NCBI GenBank assembly: GCA_025603075.1
Contig: MU626280.1
Span: 1 to 64,000, forward strand
Origin: Neoconidiobolus thromboides FSU 785
Taxonomy: Eukaryota > Fungi > Entomophthoromycota
Direction of reading: 5' to 3'
Length of the DNA stretch: 64,000 bases
Below, in pieces: positions 62,585-64,000 of this stretch. A program made the position numbers and the translations under genes. A model generated the notes under the pieces. The model saw nothing but the letters and a program-made list of their open reading frames with translations, did not search any database and was not told the origin of the DNA. Within the stretch, counting starts at the first letter, position 1, and each line of letters starts with the position of its first letter.

Positions 62585-64000
62585 TTAAAATCTAAATTCA
62601 TCTTCTGGTTTAATCTCTAAATAATTGGTTCTTTTCGAGGATACGTTTTCCAAATAAGGCGCCAGTGGTGAAATAAAACTGAGTTCTCTGAGACCTTCCA
62701 GTATATCATGTCCTTCAAATTTAATTGACATTGAAAACGGACTTCCATGCTCACTCAGTGCTAAAGGATCACTTTTAGTAGGATTTTGACGATATTCCAA
62801 ATCGACCTAGTATATAATTAAATTGAACGTAAAATAATTAAAAAAATTATACCTTTAGGAATAAAGAGTTTATAACTGGCTGTTCATTTGTTCCAAAGCG
62901 CTCTTTTGTATAAAACTTTTGTTTTCCTTTATTTACTTTATCTTCGTCCTCTATATTCTTAGGTAGATACCCTGTAGGCTTATAATCCTTGGGTATATCA
63001 ACAGTAAACTCTTTCATATGTAATGGACTTTTATCAACTTGTCCTAGTCTATAATGGGAAAATGGGCCCTGAGAATATTGGTTTAAAACTAAATCTAATA
63101 ATGATTTTGGGTTGTTCCCGCTTAAAGGCAATGTATCTATAGCAGAAAGAGAGAACGCTTCTGAAAGTGCCTAAAAAATTATTGACATTAGTTCAAGATG
63201 AACCTAATCTTCAACCATTACCTGTAGTAAATAGGGTCTAATATCTGATCGTATAGTGCTAGCAAGAAAAAAATTGGTCTCTGGACGATAAACAATATAA
63301 ACTTTAGGGTATACGACGTTGCTTGTATGTCCTTGATAGATTGCTACTCTTAACCACATGTTATTCTCGTCTTTTGCAGCATATACAAGCTAGTTTTATT
63401 AGTATACTATTTATGAATAAATTAAAAAATAAACCTTTGAAAAATAAGGTGCTAAACTATCCGATATTATCCTTGCTATTTCTGGGGCTATCTCCTCAGT
63501 ACCTATTAAATAATCAGCCTATTTTCTTTTTAATTAAAAGTAAATTACCTTTGCTACTTTTTCGTGAACGTTTCATATGATATACGTTCCATTTTATTTT
63601 AGTTTGATTCCTTAAAAAATCTAAATAAAAATTAGAGCTTCTCAAAATAACGCTGAAGTAATTACATGACGTTTCCAATTGCGCTTCTTGAAATGGGGAG
63701 ATTTTACCTTCCTTTAACAATTAATAAGACTAGTTTAAGTTGCAATTGAATATTACCATAAAACCATCAACCCATTTAAGAACAAAGTCTCTTTTATTGA
63801 GTTTTTCTAAGTCTTGGTTAAGTATACTTAGCCTATATTCAATATCCTCTTTCAGCTCTTTTGACAAAATTTTTTTCCCTTCAAGTAGCTTATTTCTGAC
63901 CCAAAGCATAAACAAAGTCCTTATATCTGCCAAAGATAGCCTTCCTAATCCAAGTACTATTTGTCTCCTAGATAAATTGGGAATATCACCAAATTTTTGT
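62585..64000 (-). CDS. CHL4: Kinetochore protein CENP-N/Chl4-like (5' end outside the window, multi-exon)
   Basis: LVLNQYSQGPFSHYR..VDKSPL, ERFGTNEQPVINSL and SIKFEGHDILEGLREL motifs typical of the CENP-N family; GT-AG introns. Confidence 0.75.

Overview
AT-rich, intron-rich eukaryotic DNA with short (about 45-120 nt) GT-AG introns. The gene content points to an early-diverging fungus; a Zoopagomycota/Entomophthoromycotina-like organism is my inference, not proven. Bases 1-13 kb form an accessory, secretome-like compartment: a Pro/Gln/Cys-repeat secreted protein missed by the ORF track, two NPC2/ML-domain paralogs with conserved promoter footprints, decayed secreted-protein pseudogenes and TE relics. 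Bases 13-64 kb hold mostly housekeeping genes, often in head-to-head pairs: COP-zeta/NHX1, POL1/DPB2, DUS1/atypical Rho-like GTPase, a beta-TrCP-like F-box protein, NMA111/Mid2-like membrane protein, U2AF2, a HEATR6-like protein, RING-H2/uS15m, an orphan 4-exon gene/TRAPPC13, and a partial CENP-N/CHL4. The most prominent unexplained structure is a ~97-bp hairpin MITE family with over 20 copies, GGGGATG...CATCCCC termini and 4-bp A-N-N-T target duplications (Sola-like). One copy has an empty-site paralog inside the window, and the family shows clear CpG decay. No CRISPR array, rRNA or intact tRNA was found. All alignments and splice models were done by eye.
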